DNA of 64,000 bases from NCBI GenBank assembly GCA_964016885.1, contig OZ024743.1, forward strand, positions 190,154,001 to 190,218,000, read 5' to 3'. Numbering within the stretch: the stretch's first letter is position 1; every line of letters starts with the position of its first letter. The notes under the pieces were generated by a model that ran no database searches, was not told the origin of the DNA, and worked only from the letters and a program-made list of their open reading frames with translations. The translations under genes and the position numbers were made by a program. Source of the stretch: Eledone cirrhosa. Its lineage: Eukaryota. Positions 1 through 17,086 of the stretch are shown here, one piece after another.

Positions 1-465
1 ATATAACGTTCCATAACTAACCAATATTTATTTGGCTCAAATCAGAACCTAATTCAAAACCTATTCTCGTATATTAGACTCTACAATAACATTATAGGAT
101 CATAACCAGAGCTCATTAATTCAAATATACTTATTAATTGAAGTACCAACAATTTCAAACATAACGTTCATAGAGTATATTAATAAAAACAGTTAAAAAA
201 TGATGGCAGGCTAAATCACTTAGTAAGTTTCAATCACTAGGAGAATTATAAGTTATTAAGATATTAATAGCCCAAACAAACTGTATTAACCGAGATGTAA
301 GAATTATTTCTTAGGATAACAATAATTAGTATAATTAAGTTACAAATATTCAAATATATACATATAGATATAACCATGTACACTCACATATGAATACACA
401 TATACAATATATATACATATATATAACTATAAAAAATAGTTATCGCTATACATGTCTGAATACAA

Positions 466-992
466 TAAATGTCATCTGAGATTTTCGAATATCAATAATA
501 ATATTTGATTCGTTTGCAATTATGCAAACAGCCTCTTTGAAGCCATGTCAGTAGAATGAGTCCTTCATTCTTGCTCTTGTGTTGGCATGTAAACAGAACT
601 TCAGACACAAATGTTTCTGAGTGATTACTCTTCATCAGTGAAGTCCACAGTTCACCTGCCAACTGTCAGAGCTAGTGAAAATATATATTCTCTAAAATAT
701 ACAATGATTGATCCGCCTGATTTGCATAATAGCAGACTGGCTGATCAGTCAAATCTGCATTTTAGCAGATCCACTGATCAGCCAGATTTGCATATCAGCA
801 GATAAGCCAGTCAGTTTCATGTATACGAGGGATTAATGGCCGGCTTTACCATATTCAATGAACTAAAAACAAGAGAAACACAAGAGCAAGAATGAGGGGC
901 TCATTCTACTGACATGGCTTAAAAGAGGCTGTTTGCATAATTGCAAACGAATCTAATATTATTATTGATATTCGAAAAACTCAGATTACATT

Positions 993-994
<2 letters not shown>
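466..994 (-). mobile_element. Non-coding fold-back element, probable Penelope-like 3' fragment or non-autonomous element
   Basis: About 118-bp inverted repeats at 466-583 and 877-994; right end abuts (TA)n; contains a hammerhead motif on the - strand. Confidence 0.75.
598..644 (-). ncRNA. Minimal type I hammerhead ribozyme
   Basis: Minus strand reads ACTTCA-CTGATGA-aGAGTaatcACTCa-GAAACAtttgTGTC-TGAAGT: 6-bp stem I, canonical core, 4-bp stem II, GUC cleavage triplet. Confidence 0.85.
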
Positions 995-1029
<35 letters not shown>

Positions 1030-1030
<1 letters not shown>

Positions 1031-2252
1031 AAATTAAATTAAAGGTTGTCATGTCTGAGAGACATGCGCCATATCCACTGATGAATAAGCTAAAAAATTC
1101 CAATGAATAGATCCGAGCATTTTATATCAACTAGAAATAGATTGACATATATATATATATAAAATAAACATATGAAACAATCACAGGGAATAATTTGTAA
1201 AGTGTGTAACCACACATAGCTAGGTAGGTAACTAATTAAAGTTTAACAGCGTGTGGCTGAGTGGTTAGAGAATTGGATTCGCAATCATAAGGTTGTGAGT
1301 TCGATTCCTGGACCAGGCGATGCGTTATGTCCTTGGGCAAGACACTTTATTTCACGTTGCTCCTTCTACCTGGAGTTGCGACTGATAGATAGTATTAGCA
1401 ATTGGAAAGACCAACGGAAACATTGTTCCCTCGGTCCGATTTGACGAAAGTCGATCGTTCCTTTTTTATATATATCCAAAATTAAATTAAGGGTTGTCAT
1501 GACTGCGAGACATGCGCCATATCCACTGCAGAATAAGCTCAAAGATATATAAAATAAACATATGAAACAATCACAGGGGATAATTTGTAAAGTGTGTAAG
1601 CACACATAACTAGGTAGGTAACTAATTAAAGTTTAATTAGAACTTCAAATATAGATACCTTTTAAAATGATTAATCTCCTTTGTATATATTTCTTGTGAT
1701 TGTTTCATATGTTTATTTTAGATATATATATGTCAATCTATTTCTAGTTGATATGAAATGCTCGGATCTATTCATTGGAATATTTGAGCTTATTCTACAG
1801 TGGATATGGCGCATGTCTCTCAGACATGACAACCCTTAATTTAATTTTGGATATATATACGGCCCCTTAATTGTAGAGCTAACTCAGTTGAATGGACTCG
1901 GCTGCTATTTCTAGCTGTCGATAATCCTATTCACGCCACTGGGATGACGCTGTGCGATGTGTGTATTTTTAAAAAAATGCAACACGTGGTACGAGTCATT
2001 CACAGATTTGCATTTGGTGTGTAAACGGAGATGGTTGGATCCTCTCCTTTGGTGACCATCCAGGAGTTGACTACTGTGATTTACCGATTAATTAGTGAAA
2101 TATATTTTTCATTTAAAGAAATATATACACAGGAGATTAATCATTTTAAAAGGTATCTATGTTTGAAGTTCTAGTTAAACTTTAATTAGTTACCTACCTA
2201 GCTATGTGTGCTTACACAATTTACAAATTATTCCCTGTGATTGTTTCATGTT

Positions 2253-2260
<8 letters not shown>
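1030..2260. repeat. Complex direct and inverted repeat cluster of one ~220-bp non-coding unit between (TA)n tracts
   Basis: Direct copies at about 1030-1248 and 1477-1692; reverse-complement pieces at about 1694-1852 and 2117-2258. Confidence 0.8.
1249..1362 (+). mobile_element. tRNA-derived CORE-type SINE, 5' part
   Basis: A box TGGCTGAGTGG, B box GAGTTCGATTCC, then CORE-like GTCCTTGGGCAAGACACTT. Confidence 0.75.
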
Positions 2261-2324
<64 letters not shown>

Positions 2325-2558
2325 GAATAATCGAGTATCGAAAAATCGGCGCACGAGTTCACGATAAACAAAATTCGATATATATATATACGGGGTAACA
2401 AATAATAGTTATATGCAGTCCACTTAGGTGTAGTCCAGTTATGGTATTCCGGGTAGTGGATGATATCAACGCTTGGCTAAGTTTGACTCAACAAGGCGTT
2501 TTCATAGTGATGCTGCGAGTACGCTGTAATTCCTATGTTGTAAACACTTGGAGTAATA

Positions 2559-2821
2559 ATAAATCAGGAAAGATTGACACGGTTTATTATACAAAAAAGG
2601 TTTTTAATCCCACGGCTGACAATTGTTTCTCTGAACTGGTAGGTCTAGAGATCGCTATCGGCTTGTTTTCACGTTACTCGATCGCCAATACAAAATTATA
2701 ACCAGTCAGTTCTTCGGAGCTCCGATCTCTAGACCTACCAGTTCAGAGAAACAATTGTCAGCAGTGAGATTAAAAACCTTTTTTGTATAACAAACCGTGT
2801 CAATCTTCTTTCCTGATTTAT
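2559..2821 (-). mobile_element. 263-bp fold-back element consisting essentially of a hammerhead, its tail and an inverted copy
   Basis: Inverted repeats at 2559-2654 and 2723-2821; right end abuts (TA)n. Confidence 0.75.
2615..2720 (-). ncRNA. Hammerhead-like motif with ~80-nt stem-loop II and CCGAAGA core variant
   Basis: Minus strand reads GCT-CCGAAGA-aCTGACTGG...CCAGtTCAGa-GAAACAATTGTC-AGC; palindromic stem III ACAATTGT. Confidence 0.65.
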
Positions 2822-3424
2822 ATATATATATATATATGTATGTATATATGTATATATATGAGAACACTCACCTCTAGAACATCTGTTAAAACAGCTAAAA
2901 TCTGTCAAAGCGAGCGATGGGTAAATAATGCCTCAGAGGACAGAGATATTATCACTTCCAGATAAGATCATAGCCAATTATTTCCAGAGAAAAGAGAAAA
3001 GTAAAAGAGGGAAAAGGATATAGATGAAGAATTGACCCAACTTTGGACTCACTTTTTGTTATCGTCCGAGAAAATATGAAAGCAAAGTTGAGCTCGGTGC
3101 GATTTGATCTCAGAAAACCTGAACGAATTCGACATTTTAACGACTCTGACAAAATCAACTATATTGAATAAATATTAGATGATAACATAGAATCTCATCC
3201 ACGAAATATTAGTTTAGCGCTGGAAATTCTGTTATGTGATAAGTGTTTAAGAAATTGTTAAGTCGAATGACCGCTTATTAAGATATGGTTCGTAAAGCTG
3301 CAGATGTCACTGTTGCTACTCTCTAGTTATGACGTCCAGGATAATTAATAATATGACTTATACTTCTATACCAATAACACATATAATATAGGAGACTGTT
3401 TTGCCTAAGCCACTTAGATTTTGA

Positions 3425-3735
3425 CTGAGTTCAAATCCCGCCGAGGTTTACTTTGCCTTTCATCCTTACGGGTTCGATAAAATAAAGTACCAGTAATGCA
3501 CTTGTATAATTGCTGGCCTTGTGCCAAAAGTAGAAACAATTATTTCATGAATTGGCAGTATCGGTAGAGGGTTGGACGCCATGCTTTGATGCATAGAGTT
3601 ACGGCCGTTGCCATTCTGAGTTAAAATCCCGCCTAGGTTAACTTTGCCTTTCATCCTTACGGGGTCGATAAAATAAAGTACCAGTAATGCACTTGTATAA
3701 TTGCTGGCCTTGTGCCAAAAGTAGAAACAATTATT
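3425..3735 (+). mobile_element. Two tandem SINE copies with a Meta-like central domain
   Basis: B box GAGTTCAAATCC, then GCCTTTCATCCTTACGGGGTCGATAAAATAAAGTACCAGT and tail GGCCTTGTGCCAAAAGTAGAAACAATTAT, present twice; same family at 8691 and 51803. Confidence 0.8.
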
Positions 3736-4244
3736 TCATTAATAAAATAAAATGAATTGATTCTGATGCACTCCCACATATGTTGAAAGACTAGCCTGCA
3801 ATATATTGATGTTTAAAATATAAAGCTAATATAAGGCCAAATATGTTTTAAGCAACAGAAATGTTTTATATGCATAAAATTAACTAAAAGTGGCAATATA
3901 ATTTAAGTGCAGCACAAAATAAAATAAATTACAAATTAAGTAAAAAGTAAAAATATAGTATATATTTAATCGGAAATGTTAGACTCTAGTTTTAATCAAA
4001 GAAAGTTCTTTCATTATTTAAAATGTTGCTGTTAGCTGTTGTCAGTTTGAATTCATAGACAATTTCAAAGTTTTTGTGTATGCGAAGTGTATTGAAAGTT
4101 TATAATATTTTTTTCATTGTTTTTATAGGAGTCGAATAATCAAAAGAATACAATCAGATTCGTACACTCAGAAACACCGCCGTATATACAATCATTCATA
4201 CACATATGCACAGAAGCAATTATATGCGCATATACCCATCACAC

Positions 4245-4915
<671 letters not shown>

Positions 4916-5319
4916 TAACGTACGCATATAAACATAGTTAGTAACCAGGATAATAATGAACACAAGAACTAAATAAACTATATGAAAAGCATTTTTTTCT
5001 TTAGTTCTGTTTGTTATATATGTTTTGCCACTACTTCAATCCAATTATTATTTCCTAACAGAGAAATGTTTCTCGAAATATATATATATCAAATGTTTGA
5101 ATGAATAAAAAAAAAAGATATATAAACACATGATACCACACTGCATTTCAATATCATATTTGAATCGTGTTATCCTTGAAATAATGTTGACAAGAATACA
5201 AGCAAATAATATATGTAACTATCTCATCTCTGTGTGTGCCTCCCTGTGTACTGCTCTTTCTCTCCTTCTCCTCTCTCTCTTTCGCTCTCTATCTCTCCCT
5301 GTATATAAATATATATATA

Positions 5320-8661
<3,342 letters not shown>

Positions 8662-8690
8662 AATAACAACAATAATAATAATAATAATAA

Positions 8691-8803
8691 TTGTTTCTAC
8701 TTTTGGCACAAGGCCAGCAATTATCCCAGTACGTTACTGGTACTTTATTATATCGACCCCGTAAGGATGAAAGGCAAAGTCAACTTCAGCGGGATTTGAA
8801 CTC
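8691..8803 (-). mobile_element. SINE with Meta-like domain, 5'-truncated, in (ATT)n
   Basis: Reverse complement of the 3425 and 51803 family. Confidence 0.8.
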
Positions 8804-8829
8804 CATAAAGAGATAATAATAATAATAAT

Positions 8830-11800
8830 GTTTTCTTTATTAACCACAAGGGTTTACATAAAGTAGACATTAAGGACAGTACAGGACAATACAGGACGGT
8901 ACAAATGGGCATTTCTGCGTGTAAAAAAAACAGAGAATGAAATAAAATAACAAAGAAAAATTCCCCAATAGGGGGGAGACTTCCGAGGGACATTTGTGTA
9001 GAAATCCCATTAAAAGACCAGTGACCCTGACCACCAGGGCAAGTGCCCTCTCCCAGTTTTCCACCCTTAATTTACAGACACATACTCAGAGAAGGCCCAT
9101 TCATTCGGGCCATACTTGCTTCTCTCACCCATCTTTCAACAAAATGCTGGGAAGTGAGCACTTCCCTCTCTACCCTGATTTTCCTTTTCAAATGAAATTT
9201 GAAAAAGTTAATCAGGGCATCACCGAAGAGGTAAGTGTTTGTCTTCAGCCCTTTCAAACGTGTCCACCATACTATCTCTTTCGCCATGGCCACCAGGCAG
9301 ATAAAAACTGCCTGCCCTTCCCGGCTAAAGGAAGAGGGCGGGGCAATCCTCACAATGGACTCAGCTGATAGCTGGATCCGTCCTACACACGACAGCAGGT
9401 GTTCGACATAAACCCACAAGTCAGCAATGCTCGGACACTGGACGAGTGCGTGCAGGACGGTTTCGTCGCCCTGCGTGCATCTCGCACATGCCCGGTTGAC
9501 GGCACCTCCATGCCTGTAGAGTTTATCCCGAACCGGCAAGGATCCTCGGTAGCACTGCCAGGCCAGAGATTTCTGGAAGTTGTCCATAGGCCCCGGCCCA
9601 TAAGTTCTTCCGAAGAGATTGGCTAGTTGATTTTCGTCGACGCCTTGAGTTTCCCCAAGTACCTCGTCGCTCTTCCCCTCCACTAATCCTCTATAGAACG
9701 CCGAGGTGGAGTTTCCACCGATCACATTGCCCGATTGTTCGAGGGCTGTGAGCGCCTGAAGACATTCCAGACTCCAGGCGCTCCCTCTCGGTCTTCGCTT
9801 GACCCAGGACTGCAGCTCCGTCAAGGAAACGAGCTGGGGAAAAACGTGTCTAGCAAACGGCGACCACACCTGAGGACCGTCGAGGAAGAGGTGGAGATGT
9901 AGCCTGAGCGCGTGCCTGCGCATCATCAGCCACGCATTGCCCAGCCCTCCACGTAGCGGGTGTTGACAGCAGATGGACCGCCTGACCATCTGAGCGCGTC
10001 CCTTCCACAAAAAGCGAAAGAGCAAACGCTCCAGCGCAGTCAGGCGAGGCTTAGGACAAGGTACGTCGGTCAGGCGGTAGCAGATGACAGACGCGATGTA
10101 CGCGTCAGCCACCTCCGCTCGACCTTTCAGGGATAGCTTCCTCTCGGCCCATTTTTGGGTGAGAGAAGCCACCCTACTCGTCACCTCGTCCCAGTTTTTA
10201 TCCGTCTGGAGGTCCGGACCGAACCAGACCCCTAGCAATTTAACCGGTCCGTCCGTCCAGCGTCCGGCGACGCTGTTGGACGGTATGGACCTGCCTCTCC
10301 AGGTGCCGAGCTGCAGGCCCACTGACCTTTCATGGTTGATCATTGCGCCTGTCACCGCTTCGTATTCTCTTAGTTTAGTCCCGATCGCCTCGATGTGTTT
10401 GGCGTTCGACACCACTACGGTGACATCGTCCGCATATGCTGATCGAGCGCATGATGTTGAACGGTTCCGAACGGTGACCGTTCACTCTCACCACAGAGCA
10501 GATGTCGCTGTGCATGGAAGCGATCCAGCCTCTGAAGACGGGCCCAAAGCCAGCCAGCCTCAGGACTGCCGCTAGGTAACGATGGTCGACCCTATCGAAA
10601 GCTTTCGACTGATCTAAATTGATCAAGGACCCACCCTTGCCAGGTTCCCTAGCTACCCTCTCTACGATGCATCGCATGAGGTGGAGGTTGTCGTGGATGG
10701 ATCTGTCGGGAATGGCGCATGTCTGCGCCTCTCCCACCAGACCACCAACGACAAGCGCCAACCTCTTTGCTAGTACCTTGGCAAAAATCTTAAACTCAGT
10801 GTTTAGCAGAGTTATGGGCCTGAAATTATCTATGTTATCCCCCTTGTTCGGATCCTTTCTCAACAGTGCCATCGGCTCACAGAGCTGAGAATTCTCCCGT
10901 TCTGTTGCCAGTTGCAGTAGACATCCGCTAAGAGGCCTCCGAACAGGTCTGGAATCTGTACGTAAAGTTCATAGGGCAGACCATCCAAACCAGGCGATTT
11001 ACCCCTTGTGCAGCCAGTCATTGCCTCCCGTACTTCAGCAGCTGTTATCGGCTTTTCGCAACACTCCGCCTCAGTGGTTGAGAGCCGCGGCAGTACGTCG
11101 AGGTAGACACTAAAGGCCATCCCTCGACCTGGCCCACCGCTGCCCCCGAACAGCTGAGCGAAGTGTCGCTGAAAAGCTTCACACATTTGCCCGGGATCGA
11201 GTAGCATGCGCCCGTCGTGGTCCACCAAAGACCGGATCGTGGCTTTGTTGCCACGACGCGCCTCCGCCACTCGGGCTCATTGAACGGCTTTCGTCCTCTC
11301 GTGTCTGAGAGCACGCACCCTAGCTCTGACAACGCAGTCATCATGCTTTGCATTGAAGAATTGGTCAAGGGCCAATTTCGCGGCAAGTAAGTCGGTCGCG
11401 ATGCCTTTGCTTAAGCGACTCGTCTAATTTTCTAACTAATTCTCCCTCTGCTCTATTTTTCTCTATTGCTAAAGCCTTACTAAACCTAATCGATTCTATT
11501 CTAATCGCTCTTTTCAGAGCAAACCACCACTTGTTGTTGACGATGGCCCCCGTCAACGCCCGCTTAACTAGTTCGCTAATCCGGTCTCTGTAGGCCTTGC
11601 GCGCTGGTAAGGACGCGTTTAGCTTCCAGTAGCCGGGTCCTCGTCTATGAAGCCTATCTAAGTCAAGCACACAGATCACGAATTTGTGGTCCGTGTAGCT
11701 GACTATCTTGAATTGTGGACAGCCTATGCTAGACCTATCTATTTCCCTACAAAATACTCTATCTAGATATGATCTGGATGACCCTATGCGGTTTGTCCAA

Positions 11801-14540
11801 GTCCACATTGGCACATTCGGGAAATCCAATCGGTACCTGTCAGACAGTTCAAAACGCCTGAGCAGGTTGGTGAGACTCTTGCACACTCCTCCCCTATCGG
11901 CTAATCCCACACAGTCCCAGCATGCATCTAAGATCCCGTTCCAGTCGCCCACTAACACTAAAGAGCGGGACGTTCCAAGAAAGGTCTCCAGACGCAGGTA
12001 GAAATCACGCCGCCCTGCTCCTGTTGGGGCATAGATGGCCACTAGCCTGAAAGCTTGCTCGTCTCCGCTGGTCACATCCAGCACCACCAACTTACCTTCT
12101 GGGTCCAGGAAGATGGCCCGTATGGCGAGATCCAAACCTCTCCGAAAAAGCACAGCAACTCCTCCCCCCGATCCCGGACGGCTGGGAGATGCGTACACAT
12201 CGTAGCCGCCGAAGATCGGTGCGAAGGTCCGTGCTTCGGAGATTCTGATCTCGCTGATGGCCACTACATCTATGTTTAGTGAGCTGAGGTCGTTGAGCAG
12301 GTGGCCCTGATTCCATGACGACCCCAAGCCACGCGCTTTTATGCTGCCTATTCTGAGTGAGGTCATGTTGGAATGGAGTGGAAAAGATGGGAAAGACCAC
12401 TTACCTTACTTCTCGTAGAGGAAGGACGGTTTCTCCATCCTTTTCACTGCTTGTGGCCTCCTCAGGAAGGATGTCCTTATAAATCCTCCTGGAGACTGCG
12501 TGTCGGAAGTCTCCGATGTCTTTGGGGAATTTTTGTTTTAGTGTCATGCACATTTTCTGTGTGGTGCGAGTGATTTGTATGTGTGGAGGTCGTGTGAACT
12601 TTTGGGTTGTTGTGTAATCTTTTTCTGTGATGCTGGTGTTGTGTTGGATGTAGTGTAATAATTGCTTGTTGTTCAAATTTAATGCTGTGTAGTGTGTATC
12701 ATTTTGGTTGTTTTGTTTTGTTTGTGTTTGTTGTGGGTTTGTTTCTGTTTCGCTTTTAGGTGACTTTTGTGGTGTAAGTGATGGTGGTGTTGGAGTTAAT
12801 GATGGTGATCGTGTTGGTGTTTGGGGTGATGGGGTTGGTGATGCTGGTGTGAATGGTGGCATATCTGTCCTAACTTTTTTGTTTGATAGTTAATTTGTTT
12901 CCCTCTGTATTTTGTTTTTGGAGGGGGAAGGAAGAGAATTTTGTCTTTTTTTTTTTTTTTCTTTTTTCCTGATACCGTTTCCCACTCCTCGTCGTCACAA
13001 TCTGTCTCCAGCTGTGATAGGCCGGGGAGTGGAAAATCCTCCACAGGCGTTAGTTTTGGTTGTGGCGTGGTGGATGGTGTAGGCGCTGGTGCAAGTTCTG
13101 CCGTGTTGGGTGGTAGTGGTGTTGGTTTTGCTACTTTGCTGGGGTTGTTGCTGTTACAGTTGCTTCTGTTGTTGCTGCTACAGTTGCTGCTGCCATCTCT
13201 GCTGCTGGTGGTGTTGGTGGTTGAGTCACTGGTGTGGGTAGGAGAGGTGGCCTCAACCTTTTAGCCTGAAGGCAGAAAGCCCTTAGGTGGGTTCCTTCAC
13301 CACAAACGACACACCTAGGCCTTCTGCCCTCGACAATTACGGTGAGGTGGCTGCCGTCAGTGAGGTCTATTACCTCTGGGATCTCCTCAGTGCTTTTTTG
13401 GTCCGCTTGGATCAGGAGCTCCATCCCAGATCCGGACCAGTTCTCCTGCTTTTCTTTCGCTATTTCGATTATCTTGGGATTGGCATCGATGCCGGCGAGA
13501 ACGGGAGCCAGTAGCCAGGGAATTTCGATGGCCGGTGGAACGTGGGTGACCCTGATCTTTACGAGTCTCTGGCTATAATAGCTTGGGACGAATGTGAAGT
13601 CGTCACTTCTTAATGGGCCATGGAGTGTTCTCTAGCCTCTTCTCGTGTTTCAAAGAACACGTCCACGGTTCCATACTTCTGCCTACGTCTGATGTGGATT
13701 TGTTTGCCCACACGTCCCAAAGCTTTTTGGATGTGGGACTCGGATGCCCGTTCCACTCAGCGCGATTTTATATTAATTGTTCAATAAGACACGGTGCATA
13801 GGCGGCGATGCTCCATTTAATTAGGTGGGGGGGTGGGGGTGGGGGGAGGCTGACCCTGTACCCATCTTTCTTTATCATTTTTTTGGCTTCTTCTAATTCC
13901 TCCTGAGTTACCTATAATGCTTCGCACTGTTTTGCTACTCCGGCAAAATTCAGGGTGGTTTTCTTAATGTCATTGTTGTTCTTGTTGTTATAGTTATTTT
14001 TGTTATTATTAATTTTAGTTTCAGTTGTGGTGGTGGTGGCGTCAGTGGTGTTTCGGTGTGGAAGAGTTCATTTTGGTCGAATTCATTTCGATATCACGAG
14101 TTAATTAATTTTTTTCTTTTGTTTCTGTTGTCTCTGTGGTGGTGGTGGGGGAGGCTTTAACACCTGCAGTCATTGGTAATGGCGGGAAATGAATGTCTGC
14201 TTGAGACAAATTTAAAATATTGCTACTGCTTATATTTTTAGTGTTGGTAAACGTAGTCATATTTACAATGGTGGTGTCGTTATGAGGTATTAGTTTGTGA
14301 GAAAGAAGTGACTCTGAGTTAGCCTTGATTTTTCAAAGAAAAATTTTTGTTTGATAATTATAAAAGTTTAAATTTTGGGCTCAAGGCCCCAATCTTTTTG
14401 GGTGTCCTTTTTAGATAACAATGTATGTGCAGTTATATACAGTTAACAATAAAAATGTTCCATGAATGGCAATTTTAAACAACTGAAAATAACAAACCTT
14501 TGCGGAGCTCACGATGATACGATTTACTACGAAGGTCGCC
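8830..14540 (-). mobile_element. Full-length but defective Tx1/L1-clade LINE, copy A
   Basis: 5' UTR; fragmented ORF1 with CVVCGEGTHLRAFC knuckle; APE endonuclease (VAISE, LVGDWN, YLDRVF, TDH); RT (KSPGLDG, FRPITLLN, LDQSKAFDRV, AYADD); AATAAA then (ATT)n; frameshifts and a ~110-bp RT deletion. Confidence 0.9.
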
Positions 14541-14573
<33 letters not shown>

Positions 14574-14611
14574 CATAATAATAATAATAATCATAATAAT
14601 AATAATAATAA

Positions 14612-15267
14612 TGCAGTCCTATAGCTCCAACCGAATACCTAAACAGGCATGACAGAGCTGCACAATACATACATTGGATAATGTGTAAGCATTTTGACCT
14701 GCCCCATCAAAAGAATTGGTGGGAGCATCAACCACCTCCCATACTTGAAAAAGATCACATCTCAATCTTGTGGAACTTTAGCATCCAAACAGACCGAAAA
14801 ATAGATGCAAATAGACCTGATATAATATTGAAGGACTTTCAAAGGAGGGTATGCCTGCTAATTGATATGTCTGTTCCAATAGACAAGAATGTATCTATAA
14901 AAACATTTGAAAAATTGAGCAAGTATAAGGACCTGGAGATAGAAATTGGAAAAATGTGGAAATTGAGAACTAAAACAATACCAGTGGTTGTAGGCGCTCT
15001 GGGAATGATACCTAAGGGGTCTAACGACTACTTATCGCAAATCCCAGGAAACCCGCGTATAGGAGAAATACAAAAGATAGTACTAATGGGAACTGCCCAT
15101 ATACTAAGGAAGATCCTGTCAATATAAGTACATCACAAGTCTAAACACTAAGGATGCATGTGTGAATATGTGTGTTCTTTCTTGAACATGGCGGACCTTG
15201 TTGTCTCTTGAGGTCACTGGTTGTGACTTGGTGATAACTCGTATACACATAAAGCAAGATAAATGCA
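14612..15267 (+). mobile_element. R4/Dong LINE family 2, 3' fragment (RLE + 3' UTR)
   Basis: RHD, NRPDIILKD...LLIDMSVP, EKLSKYKDL, PVVVGALG; (AAT)n on both sides. Confidence 0.85.
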
Positions 15268-15287
15268 AATAATAATAATAATAATAA

Positions 15288-17031
15288 GACATGGAAAACG
15301 ACACTCCTTTTCAATAGTGAAAAACAATCACTAGAAGTTGGAAAAGTTAATATTAATTGTGGAATTTTTCAGGGTGACTCTTTATCACCGCTTTTATTCT
15401 GCATCGCACTTATAAAGTCTATGACAAAACCATTAATCACTTGTTCTACATGGATGACCTGAAACTATTTGCAAAAAATGATGAAAAATTGCAAGGGCTA
15501 GTATCCACTGTGGAGTAATTCAGTGATGACATTAAAATGGAATTTGGACTAGATAAATGCGCCAAAGCAACGTTCACCAGAGGAAAGCTGCTGAAACGTT
15601 CAGACATTAATCTTGATCGAGGGAATGTGATAAGAGAACTTGATCAAGAGGAAAATTACAAATATCTAGGTGTTTGTGAAGGAGACGGAATCAAGCACTC
15701 GACAATGAGGGAAAGGATAAGGAAGGAATGTTACCGCAGAGTAAGAGCAATCTTAAGAACGGAATTGAATGCAAGGAATAGGATCGATGCCATAAACACG
15801 CTTGCCATACCAGTAGTAACCTACAGTTACAATGTCATCAACTGGTCAAGCACAGAGATCCGTAGGCTCGATACAAAAATACGAAAATTCTTAACCATGC
15901 ACATCACCCTAAGGCAGATACAGATAGACTATATCTCCCTAGGAAAGAAGGAGAACGTGAGTTAATCCAGTTAGACATTGCGTTGAAAACTGCAACAATT
16001 GGATTATCTACATATCTAAGGAAATCACATGATTGGATGATCAAACTGCTGAAATGAAAAACACAGAAAAAGCAAAGTAGGTAAAAGTAACTGCAAAGAA
16101 AGAACTGCTACAGAAACTGGCTAAGAAATAGCAAGAGAAGCCTCTGTATGGAAAATACGCAGAAAGAGCTAACAATCCTGATGTTGACAAAACTTTAACC
16201 CATCAGTGGTTGGCATCTTCTGGACTGAAATCGGAGACTGAAGGACTGATTATGTCAGCACAAGATCAGTGTCTGCCAACAACAAATTACCATGCCAACA
16301 TAATAAAAAATGGATGCAACTCATTATGGCGTGTATGTAAAAAACAACCAGAGACCATTGACCATATAATTTCAATGTGCAGTCCTATAGCTCCAACCGA
16401 ATACCTAAACAGGCATGACAGAGCTGCACAATACATACATTGGATAATGAGTAAGCATTTTGACCTGCCCCATCAAAAGAATTGGTGGAAGCATCAGCCA
16501 CCTCCAGTACTTGAAAAAGATCACATCTCAATCTTGTGGAACTTTAGCATCCAAACAGACCGAAAAATAGATGCAAATAGACCTGATATAATATTGAAGG
16601 ACTTTAAAAAGAGGGTATGCCTGCTAATTGATATGTCCATTCCAATAGACAAGAATGTATCTATAAAAACATTTGAAAAATTGAGCAAGACCTGGAGATA
16701 GAAATTGGAAAAATGTGGAAGTTGAGAACTAAAACATTACCAGTGGTTGTAGGCGCTCTAGGAATGAAACCTAACGGGTATAATGATTACTTATCGCAGA
16801 TCCCAGGAAACCCGCGTATAGCAGAGATACAAAAGATAGTACTAATGGGAACTGCCCATATATTAAGGAAGATTCTGTCAATATAAGTACATCACAAGTC
16901 TAAACACCTAAAGATGCATGTGTGAGTATGTATGTTATTTCTTGAACATGGCGGACCTTGTTGTCTCTTGAGGTCACTGGTTGTGACTTGGTGATAAATC
17001 GTATGTACATAGAGCAAGATAAATGCAACTG
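15288..17031 (+). pseudogene. R4/Dong LINE family 2, 5'-truncated and decayed RT-RLE
   Basis: GIFQGDSLSP, FYMDDLKL, FGLDKCA, YKYLG and RLE motifs with stops and deletions; (AAT)n flanks. Confidence 0.85.

Positions 17032-17083
<52 letters not shown>

Positions 17084-17086
<3 letters not shown>

Noticed and set aside
1-330. Possible decayed PLE ORF end
   Set aside because: Only a faint resemblance, many stops, no diagnostic motif.
1077-1145. CTGATGA suggesting a hammerhead
   Set aside because: Other copies read CTGCAGA or CTGTAGA, and stems I and III could not be closed.
5050-5095. GAGAAAtgTTTCTC-GAAATATATA resembling hammerhead stems II and III
   Set aside because: Core is not CTGANGA and there is no stem I; at most a decayed relic.
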